Assembly: GCA_944320255.1 (NCBI GenBank)
Contig: CALUGU010000002.1
Location: 10,706 to 74,705 of the forward strand
Source of the DNA: an uncultured Prevotella sp.
GTDB taxonomy: Bacteria; Bacteroidota; Bacteroidia; Bacteroidales; Bacteroidaceae
Length of the DNA: 64,000 nucleotides
Reading direction: 5' to 3'
Each line of letters opens with the position of its first letter. The stretch's first letter is position 1. Under the pieces are notes generated by a model. The model saw only the letters and a list, made by a program, of their open reading frames with translations, ran no database searches and was not told the DNA's origin. Positions 56,751-64,000 of the stretch are shown in pieces. A program made the position numbers and the translations under genes.

Positions 56751-58076
56751 ATGGAATCTTTCATCATAGAGGGCGGACACAGGCTGAGCGGCACGATAAC
56801 GCCGCAAGGAGCCAAGAACGAGGCGCTTGAGGTGATATGCGCCTCGCTGCTCACGGCCGACGAGGTGAGGATAAAGAACATTCCCGACATCCTCGACGTG
56901 AAAAACCTCATAAAACTGTTGGCCGACATCGGCGTAGAAATATCCCGCGAGGGGAAGAACGACTACCTGTTCCGCGCGAAGGACATCAACCTCGACTACC
57001 TTGAGAGCGACGAGTTCATACGCAAGTGCGCGTCGCTGCGCGGCAGCGTGCTCATGATAGGCCCGCTGCTGGCGCGCTTCGGCCGCGCCGTGGTGACAAA
57101 GCCCGGCGGCGACAAGATAGGCCGCCGCAGGCTCGACACCCACTTCCTCGGCTTCGCACATTTAGGCGCGACGTTCACGCACAACGACGAGCGTGGCACG
57201 TTCGAGATTGACGGCGGCAACCTCAAGGGATGCTACATACTGCTCGACGAGGCGTCGGTCACCGGCACGGCCAACATCATAATGGCCGCCGTGCTGACGC
57301 CCGGCACCACGACGATATACAACGCCGCGTGCGAGCCTTACATACAACAGCTGTGCCACCTGCTCAACGCCATGGGGGCGCGCATCAGCGGAATAGCCTC
57401 GAACCTGCTGACAATCGTAGGCGTGGAAAGCCTGCACGGCGCAACGCACAAGATACTGCCCGATATGATTGAGGTAGGCTCGTTCATCGGCATGGCGGCG
57501 ATGGTTGGCGACGGCATACGCATCAAGAACGTGTCGGTGCGCAACCTCGGCATCATACCCGAAGCCTTCAGGAGGCTCGGCGTGAAGGTGCAGGTGGAAG
57601 GCGACGACATCGTAATCCCGCGCATGGAACATTACGAAATAGAGTCGTTCATCGACGGTTCCATCATGACGCTGGCCGACGCCCCGTGGCCGGGGTTGAC
57701 GCCCGACCTCATTTCGGTGCTGCTCGTCGTAGCCACACAGGCCCGCGGCAGCGTGCTGTTCCACCAAAAGATGTTCGAGAGCCGCCTGTTCTTCGTTGAC
57801 AAACTGATTGACATGGGCGCGCAGATAATACTCTGCGATCCGCACCGGGCCGTAGTCGTAGGCCACGACCACGAGAAACGCCTGCGCGCCGGGCGCATGA
57901 CAAGCCCCGACATACGCGCCGGCATCGCCCTGCTCATAGCCGCCCTCAGCGCCAACGGCACCAGCCGCATCGACAACATAGCGCAGATAGACCGCGGATA
58001 CGAGGACATCGAGGCGCGCCTCAACGCCTTAGGGGCGAACATCAAGAGAGTGACGAGCAAAGAAGCAGGCAAGTGA
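56751..58076 (+). CDS. murA: UDP-N-acetylglucosamine 1-carboxyvinyltransferase (Asp-type active site)
   Basis: GAKNEAL, LRGSVL, PGGDKIGRR, SVTGTANII, PDMIEVGSF, DIRAG, IDRGYE. Confidence 0.95.
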   Translation: MESFIIEGGHRLSGTITPQGAKNEALEVICASLLTADEVRIKNIPDILDVKNLIKLLADIGVEISREGKNDYLFRAKDINLDYLESDEFIRKCASLRGSVLMIGPLLARFGRAVVTKPGGDKIGRRRLDTHFLGFAHLGATFTHNDERGTFEIDGGNLKGCYILLDEASVTGTANIIMAAVLTPGTTTIYNAACEPYIQQLCHLLNAMGARISGIASNLLTIVGVESLHGATHKILPDMIEVGSFIGMAAMVGDGIRIKNVSVRNLGIIPEAFRRLGVKVQVEGDDIVIPRMEHYEIESFIDGSIMTLADAPWPGLTPDLISVLLVVATQARGSVLFHQKMFESRLFFVDKLIDMGAQIILCDPHRAVVVGHDHEKRLRAGRMTSPDIRAGIALLIAALSANGTSRIDNIAQIDRGYEDIEARLNALGANIKRVTSKEAGK

Positions 58077-58205
58077 CGAGTTTTTTCGGCAGGCAAGGGA
58101 CAAGCAGGCAAGCAAGCAAACAAGTAACAAGGGACAAGCTACAAGCAAACGAAGCATACAGGCTTGTTTGCTCGTTGCTTGTCTGCTTGTCAACTAAATA
58201 AAACA

Positions 58206-58733
58206 ATGATAAGAGAAGACGAAGTTTACAAGATAGGCAAGATAGGCAAGCCGCACGGCGTGAAGGGCGAAGTGTCACTGATGTTCAGCGACGACGTGTT
58301 CGACCGCGTTGACGCCGACTATCTCGTGCTGATGGTTGACGGCATACTCGTACCTTTCTTCTTCGAGGAATACCGCTTCAAGAGCGGCGAGACGGCTTTG
58401 GTGAAGTTCTGCGACATCGACACCAAGGAACAGGCGCAGGAACTTACGGGCTGCGACGTGTACTTCCCCAAGGCGCTTTCAGACCGCGGCGAGGACGAGC
58501 TTACATGGGACGAGCTTGCCGGGTTTGAGATTATCGACGCCGACAACGGCGGCGCGCTCTTAGGGACGCTGGCTTACGTTGACGACGCCACGGAAAACGT
58601 GCTTTTCAACGTAAAGCGGCCCGACGGCGGGGAAATACTGATACCTGCGGCCGAGGACTTCATCATTTCCGTGGAAGCGGACAAACGCCAAATCAGGGTG
58701 AGCCTGCCCGACGGACTGCTCGACTTAGGCTGA
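58206..58733 (+). CDS. rimM: Ribosome maturation factor RimM
   Basis: IGKIGKPHGVKGE, LVPFF, AQELTG, EILIP. Confidence 0.93.
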   Translation: MIREDEVYKIGKIGKPHGVKGEVSLMFSDDVFDRVDADYLVLMVDGILVPFFFEEYRFKSGETALVKFCDIDTKEQAQELTGCDVYFPKALSDRGEDELTWDELAGFEIIDADNGGALLGTLAYVDDATENVLFNVKRPDGGEILIPAAEDFIISVEADKRQIRVSLPDGLLDLG

Positions 58734-58790
58734 CGCCCGCCGCGGCGGAGGCTGCGCAATAACAAGAAACGTGTTCAACACCAACCATAT

Positions 58791-59951
58791 ATGAAAAAAC
58801 AAATCGCCATACTCGGCTCAACAGGCTCGATAGGCACGCAGGCGTTGCAAGTGATAAAAGAACACTCCGACCTGTACGAAGCCTACTGCCTGACGGCCAA
58901 CAACAGTGTGGAAGAACTCGCCCGGCAGGCGCGCAAATTCAATCCCGCCGCCGTGGTGATAGCCAACGAGGACAAATACGACGAACTGAAACGGCTGCTG
59001 GCCGACCTGCCCGACATCAAGGTCTATGCCGGACGCCGTGCCATAGACGAGATTGTGGAGGCCGGACCCATCGACATGGTGCTCACGGCGATGGTAGGCT
59101 TCGCCGGACTAAGCCCCACAATCCACGCCATCAAGGCGCACAAGAAAATCTGCCTGGCCAACAAGGAGACGCTCGTCGTGGCGGGCGAGCTGATCTGCCG
59201 CCTCGCAGCCGAGCACCACTCGCCCATCATACCCGTTGACAGCGAGCATTCGGCGATATTCCAGAGCATCATGGGCGAAGGCGACAACCGCATCGAGAAG
59301 CTGCTGCTCACGGCGTCGGGCGGCCCGTTCCGCAACTTCACTAAGGAACAGCTGGCCACCGTGACGAAAGCGGACGCCCTGAAACATCCCACATGGCACA
59401 TGGGCGCTAAAATCACGATAGACAGCGCGACGATGATGAACAAGGGCTTCGAGGTGATCGAGGCTAAATGGCTCTTCGGCGTGCCGGCGGACAAGATACA
59501 AGTGCTCGTCCATCCGCAAAGCATCGTCCACAGCGCGGTGCAGTTCTGCGACGGAGCGGTGAAAGCGCAGCTCGGCGTGCCTGACATGCGCCTGCCCATA
59601 CAGTTCGCCTTCTCCTACCCCGACCGCCTTCACCTCGAAGGCCCGCGCCTCGACCTGTTCAGCCACCCGCTTGAGTTCTTCGAGCCTGACATGGACAAGT
59701 TCCGCTGCCTGCAACTGGCCTTCGACGCCATCAGCAAAGGCGGCAACATGCCTTGCATAGTGAACGCAGCCAACGAGGTGGTCAACCGCGGATTTCTTGA
59801 AGACCGCTGCTCGTTCACGCAGATGGCCGACGTCATAGAGAAGACGATGCAGCGCGTGGCGTTCAGTGCAAGCGCGGACTATGACACCTACATCAGCACC
59901 GACGCCGAGGCGCGCCGCGTGGCAAAAGAACTTTTGGGAATTGAAAGTTAA
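58791..59951 (+). CDS. dxr: 1-deoxy-D-xylulose-5-phosphate reductoisomerase
   Basis: LGSTGSIG, LANKETLV, PVDSEHSAIFQ, TASGGPFR, MGAKITIDSATMMNKGFEVIEA. Confidence 0.97.
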   Translation: MKKQIAILGSTGSIGTQALQVIKEHSDLYEAYCLTANNSVEELARQARKFNPAAVVIANEDKYDELKRLLADLPDIKVYAGRRAIDEIVEAGPIDMVLTAMVGFAGLSPTIHAIKAHKKICLANKETLVVAGELICRLAAEHHSPIIPVDSEHSAIFQSIMGEGDNRIEKLLLTASGGPFRNFTKEQLATVTKADALKHPTWHMGAKITIDSATMMNKGFEVIEAKWLFGVPADKIQVLVHPQSIVHSAVQFCDGAVKAQLGVPDMRLPIQFAFSYPDRLHLEGPRLDLFSHPLEFFEPDMDKFRCLQLAFDAISKGGNMPCIVNAANEVVNRGFLEDRCSFTQMADVIEKTMQRVAFSASADYDTYISTDAEARRVAKELLGIES

Positions 59952-60051
59952 GAATTAATAATTAAGAAAGTTAGTTTTTAAAGCGACGAAGGCCTGCGAC
60001 TGAAGCCTTTGCATTCTTCACTCTCCGTTCTTCGTCCTTCACTTAAAGATT

Positions 60052-61428
60052 ATGGAAATATTTTTGATACGCCTGCTCCAATTCATGCTGGCAATCTCAA
60101 TCTTAGTGCTCCTCCACGAGGGCGGACACTTCTTTTTCGCAAAACTTTTCGGCGTAAGGGTGGAGAAATTCTACCTGTTCTTCGATCCCTGGTTTCACTT
60201 GTTCGAGTTCAAGCCTAAGAAAAGCGACACCACCTACGGCGTAGGCTGGCTGCCGCTGGGCGGCTACTGCAAGATTTCGGGCATGATAGACGAGTCGTTC
60301 GACACCGAACAGATGAAGAAGCCCGCACAGCCTTGGGAGTTCCGCTCGAAGCCCGCCTGGCAACGCCTGCTCATAATGGTGGGCGGCGTGCTGGTGAACT
60401 TCCTCCTCGCCCTGTTCATCTACGCGATGGTGCTGTTTACCTGGGGCGACTCTTACTACGCCCTCAGCGACATGAAGATGGGCATGAAGTTCAACGAGTC
60501 GGCCAAGCAGATAGGCTTCCGCGACGGCGACATACTGCTGCGAACAGACGAAAAGACGTTCGAGAAGTTCGACGTTGACATGTACCGCGCCATAGCCAAC
60601 GCCAAGACCGTCACCGTAAAGCGCCAAGGCAAGGACGTGACGATAGCCATGCCCGAAGACATGAGCCTGCTCACGATGGTGAAGGAGCAGCCCGTCTTCG
60701 CGCGGCCCTTCATCCCCGCCGACGTTGACAGCGTGCTGGCAGGCTCGCCGGCGGAGAAAGCCGGCATGCGAAAGGGCGACAAGCTGCTGGCCATCGGCGG
60801 CAAGCCGATAGACTCGTGGAACGAGTTTGACGACCAGATGGGCCGCCTGCAAGACGTGCTGGCCGCCGCTACGCCCGCCGACAGCCTGAAGGCGCGCACC
60901 ACGACCGTAGTATTCGCCCACGACGGCGGCAAGGCGCGCCCCGACACCGTGCAGATGACGCTCAACCCCGACCTCACGCTCGGCGTAGGCCGCACCTACC
61001 TCGGCACTTACTACAAGCCCGTCACCCTCGAATACGGCTTCCTTGAGAGCTTCCCCGCCGGCGCGATCTACGGCGTTGACGTGCTCCGCGGCTACGTCGA
61101 TGACATGAAATACGTCTTCTCGGCCGAAGGAGCCAAGTCATTGGGCGGCTTCGGAGCAATCGGCAGCCTCTTCCCCCCGACGTGGGACTGGATGATGTTC
61201 TGGCGCATGACGGCCTTCCTCAGCATCATCCTCGCCTTCATGAACATCCTGCCCATCCCCGCCTTGGACGGCGGCCACGTGCTCTTCCTGCTCTACGAGA
61301 TGATAACGCGCCGCAAACCCAGCGAGAACTTCCTCATCAAGGCCGAGTACGTAGGCTTCGGCATACTCATCCTCCTCATGGTCGTCGCCAACATGAACGA
61401 CATCCTCCGCTGGCTTGGGTATATGTAA
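60052..61428 (+). CDS. rseP: RIP metalloprotease RseP
   Basis: HEGGH, LPLGGYCKI, PDZ domain, MNILPIPALDGGH. Confidence 0.95.
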   Translation: MEIFLIRLLQFMLAISILVLLHEGGHFFFAKLFGVRVEKFYLFFDPWFHLFEFKPKKSDTTYGVGWLPLGGYCKISGMIDESFDTEQMKKPAQPWEFRSKPAWQRLLIMVGGVLVNFLLALFIYAMVLFTWGDSYYALSDMKMGMKFNESAKQIGFRDGDILLRTDEKTFEKFDVDMYRAIANAKTVTVKRQGKDVTIAMPEDMSLLTMVKEQPVFARPFIPADVDSVLAGSPAEKAGMRKGDKLLAIGGKPIDSWNEFDDQMGRLQDVLAAATPADSLKARTTTVVFAHDGGKARPDTVQMTLNPDLTLGVGRTYLGTYYKPVTLEYGFLESFPAGAIYGVDVLRGYVDDMKYVFSAEGAKSLGGFGAIGSLFPPTWDWMMFWRMTAFLSIILAFMNILPIPALDGGHVLFLLYEMITRRKPSENFLIKAEYVGFGILILLMVVANMNDILRWLGYM

Positions 61429-61486
61429 GCGGGGAATGAAAAATGAAGAATGAAGAATTAAGAATGAAAAATTAAAAGTGAAAAAT

Positions 61487-61522
61487 AAAAAATCCAACAG
61501 CTGCGTGGCTGTTGGATTTTTT
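61487..61522. terminator. Bidirectional intrinsic terminator
   Basis: 15-bp perfect IR AAAAAATCCAACAGC/GCTGTTGGATTTTTT between convergent genes. Confidence 0.85.
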
Positions 61523-61529
61523 ATTGTCC

Positions 61530-61559
61530 GTTCCTGCGGACTTGCAAATCCGCAGGAAC
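61530..61559. repeat. Palindromic GTTCCTGCGGA..TCCGCAGGAAC element
   Basis: Perfect 11-bp IR; related copies at about 41599-41644 and 45318-45342. Confidence 0.7.
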
Positions 61560-61587
61560 GGAGAAATACGAGAATGCGGGGAAACGG

Positions 61588-63096
61588 TTATTTCACCATC
61601 ACCTTCACGGCCCGTCCGCCGGCCTTGACCACGTAGACGCCCGCGCCGGGCACGGCTATCACCGTGCGCTCGCCGCCGTCGCCCATACCGACCAATGCGC
61701 CCGCGAGGCTGTAGACTGCCACGCGCCCTGCGGCGTTGCCCACAACGACGTTGCCGCCCTCAACGCTTACGTCCATGCCTCCGTCAACCTCAACGCCTGC
61801 GATGCCCGTAGGGTCGAACTCGCGGAATTTCAAAAAGTTTCTCCAATAGTCGGCGTATAGATATGACTTCAACGAGCCTTTCGGCACGTAAAGGGTTGCA
61901 TTTTCATAAACAGAGCTTTCAAAAGCAATGCCGCCGTAAGCCAAAATGAAACTTGGCGGCGTTGGATTTAATGAATAAATTGTCGTTATTTTATCACAAC
62001 CATAAAAGGCATCATCATCAATCCTTGTAACAGAGCTGCCGATAGTCACACTCGCAAGATTTGTACAATTTTTAAACACACTATTGCCAATCCTGGTAAC
62101 AGAATTTCCGATGCCTACGTTTGTCAGGCTCGTACAATTTTCAAACGCACTACCTCCAATACCTGTAACGGAGTTGCCAATGGTTACGTTTGTCAGGTTT
62201 GTACAGCCGGCAAACGCACTTGTTCCAATATATGTAACGGAGTTGCTAATGGTTAAGTCCGTCAGGTTTGCACAGTCCTTAAACGCAGAACTGCCAATCT
62301 CGGTAACAGAATCTGGAATTTTAATTCCCGTCAGGCTCGTACAATTTTCAAACGCAGAACTGCCAATCTCGGTAACGAAGTCAGGGATTTTAAATTCTGT
62401 CAGACTTGAACAATTTTCAAACATACCAGCCCCAATCTCGGTGACGGAATTAGGAATGGTTATGCTCTTCAGGCTTGAACAGCCGGAAAACGCATAAGAA
62501 CCTATCGCGGTGGCGGAGTTAGAGATGGTTACGCCTTCCAGGTTTGCACAGTTGTAAAACGCCATTTCACCAATAACACTAAAACCAAGAGAGTTTACGT
62601 TTTTGAGGCTTGAGCAATCGCGAAACGCATAATCCCCAATCTCAGTAGCGTTACGGATGTGTACGTCGGTAAGGCTTGCACAGCTGGAAAACGCATAAGA
62701 ACCTATCGCAGTTGCTCCATTACATTCCACCTCAACCAAATTGGGACAGTATCTAAATGCACCATCGCCTATTAACGTAACAGTGTCCGGACACTTAACG
62801 GAGAACAATGTCTGGGAACTATTACTATAAAAAGTAGCTCCAAATGCATAATCCCCTATTGCCGTAACAGTGAACGTCCGGCCTGAATATGTAACCTTCT
62901 CAGGTATTACGATGTCGCCAGAATAAGAACTTACAATAATATTTTCTTTACGTGTTACTTCGCAGGTCATATCCGCCATGCTAAGGATGTTGTAATAAAC
63001 CCCGCCAGACATGAAATCATACGCTTGCGCCTGCACCGCGCCCAAGAGGCAGAGGGCGGCGGCCAGCAGGCGACTCTTAATGTTGTTGAGTTTCAT
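61588..63096 (-). CDS. BspA-like leucine-rich-repeat surface protein with T9SS-type C-terminal domain
   Basis: Repeats such as LTxIxIPDSVTEIGSSAFxNC; YSGDIVIPEKV; TLYVPKGS; tail VYSLAGALV...GVYVVKAGGRAVKVMVK. Confidence 0.92.
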   Translation of the reverse strand: MKLNNIKSRLLAAALCLLGAVQAQAYDFMSGGVYYNILSMADMTCEVTRKENIIVSSYSGDIVIPEKVTYSGRTFTVTAIGDYAFGATFYSNSSQTLFSVKCPDTVTLIGDGAFRYCPNLVEVECNGATAIGSYAFSSCASLTDVHIRNATEIGDYAFRDCSSLKNVNSLGFSVIGEMAFYNCANLEGVTISNSATAIGSYAFSGCSSLKSITIPNSVTEIGAGMFENCSSLTEFKIPDFVTEIGSSAFENCTSLTGIKIPDSVTEIGSSAFKDCANLTDLTISNSVTYIGTSAFAGCTNLTNVTIGNSVTGIGGSAFENCTSLTNVGIGNSVTRIGNSVFKNCTNLASVTIGSSVTRIDDDAFYGCDKITTIYSLNPTPPSFILAYGGIAFESSVYENATLYVPKGSLKSYLYADYWRNFLKFREFDPTGIAGVEVDGGMDVSVEGGNVVVGNAAGRVAVYSLAGALVGMGDGGERTVIAVPGAGVYVVKAGGRAVKVMVK

Positions 63097-63159
63097 AATG
63101 AATTAAGTTTTTATTGAATTATTAATTGTTACTTGTTAATTTCCGCGTAGCGGATTTTG

Positions 63160-63642
63160 TCAGGGCAGCTTTGATAAGTCTGTCACCACGTAGCGCGCGA
63201 GGGCGGGGCGCACCTTGCCCCTGCCGGCGAGGGTTATGGAGCACTTGCCGGCGTTCTTTGTGCCGGGGCGGTTGAAGCTGCCGTAACGGGCCACGTCGGC
63301 GGAGTGCATCAGCCACATCACGCCAATGTCTTCAACGTAGAACACGAACCAATAGTTTGCCCTCGGCTCGCACGTGAAGGCGGCAAACGGGCCACTGCTT
63401 TTGCCCGACTTCACCTGCACTTCCTGGAAGTCCTCTTCAAGGCACCGCCGCTTCATCTCGGCGTCGGCCTCGTCAAAGCAGTAAAGGCCCTCGGCGGGCA
63501 GGCTGTCGCCGCGGCGCGTGCGCACGATGAGGTCCACGCCGTGGTCGTCAACCACGGGCAGGTAAGTCTCGCGCAGGCCTGCCATCAGTTTGGAAACAAC
63601 CAAGTTCTCGGCTGATTTCCATAAATAAAGCTTATTGTTCAT
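63160..63642 (-). CDS. PD-(D/E)xK restriction-endonuclease-like protein (DUF4365-like)
   Basis: SAENLVVSKL, DDHGVDLIV, EVQVKS, WFVFY; start refined to MNNKLYL. Confidence 0.6.
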   Translation of the reverse strand: MNNKLYLWKSAENLVVSKLMAGLRETYLPVVDDHGVDLIVRTRRGDSLPAEGLYCFDEADAEMKRRCLEEDFQEVQVKSGKSSGPFAAFTCEPRANYWFVFYVEDIGVMWLMHSADVARYGSFNRPGTKNAGKCSITLAGRGKVRPALARYVVTDLSKLP

Positions 63643-63789
63643 AAGCAATAACATTTAGTTTTAAATAACTTTCCTCATTCATATTACGTATTATAAATGT
63701 CCGCAATCACCCTGTCCCCTGTTCCAGAGGAGCTTCTATACCCGGCAGGGCACAGGCGCTTACGGTTTGTCACGTCACGACGGCTTTTG

Positions 63790-63915
63790 GTTACGGTTTC
63801 CGCTTGCTTCCGGCAAGTCTGCAAAAGGCGTCCTTTCGCAATGCGAATTGCCATCTTTCGGAAGACGAAAAGCCGTGTCTTGCAAGCTGAAAGGACGTCA
63901 TTTGAAACTGTTACC
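63790..63915. repeat. AAAAG..CTTTT family intergenic repeat
   Basis: GCAAAAGGCGTCCTTT is shared with 36350; AAAAGCCGTGTCTTG and AAAGGACGTCATTTG units follow. Confidence 0.7.
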
Positions 63916-63948
63916 ACAGCCGTGCAGCACGCATCTCGGACGGCACGG

Positions 63949-64000
63949 TCATTTCACCATCACCTTCACGACCCGTCCGCCGGCCTTCACCACGTAGACG
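63949..64000 (-). CDS. 3' end of a second T9SS cargo gene (partial), paralog of the 61588..63096 tail
   Basis: Encodes ...VYVVKAGGRVVKVMVK-stop; 49/52 nt identical to 61588..61639. Confidence 0.8.
   Translation of the reverse strand, partial: VYVVKAGGRVVKVMVK

Overview
A chromosomal segment of a GC-rich Bacteroidales bacterium, most likely Prevotellaceae. This is inferred from TAnnTTTG -7 promoters upstream of most genes, T9SS-type C-terminal domains, a UpxY-led polysaccharide locus and typical Bacteroidetes gene orders. It carries housekeeping genes (ribD, dsbD, glycine--tRNA ligase, parC, nadD, gmk, yicC, tsaB, murA, rimM, dxr, rseP, tRNA-Leu), a Dna2-like nuclease-helicase and a mosaic surface-polysaccharide locus with an AT-rich core. 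It also has an Rpn-family PD-(D/E)xK nuclease, a TBDR-Tat-polyferredoxin-AKR-DUF1893-ECF S operon, a TlpA/barrel/Omp28 locus and several T9SS cargo genes. No CRISPR array, cas gene, integrase, reverse transcriptase or prophage gene was seen. Top observations: (1) the UpxY antiterminator has a C-terminal extension that aligns with the UpxZ anti-antiterminator, a possible Y-Z fusion; (2) the Rpn nuclease is followed by a separate small ORF copying its C-terminal domain, an RpnS-like gene apparently homogenised by gene conversion; (3) the Tat/Fe-S operon has a structured uORF/terminator leader; (4) a promoter-plus-terminator sRNA candidate lies at 8.3 kb; (5) a PD-(D/E)xK nuclease sits between T9SS cargo genes with near-identical 3' ends; (6) dense families of heptamer-lattice, palindromic and MITE-like repeats abut or invade coding sequences. 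Family assignments come from recognised motifs, not database searches, and GC statements are by-eye estimates.
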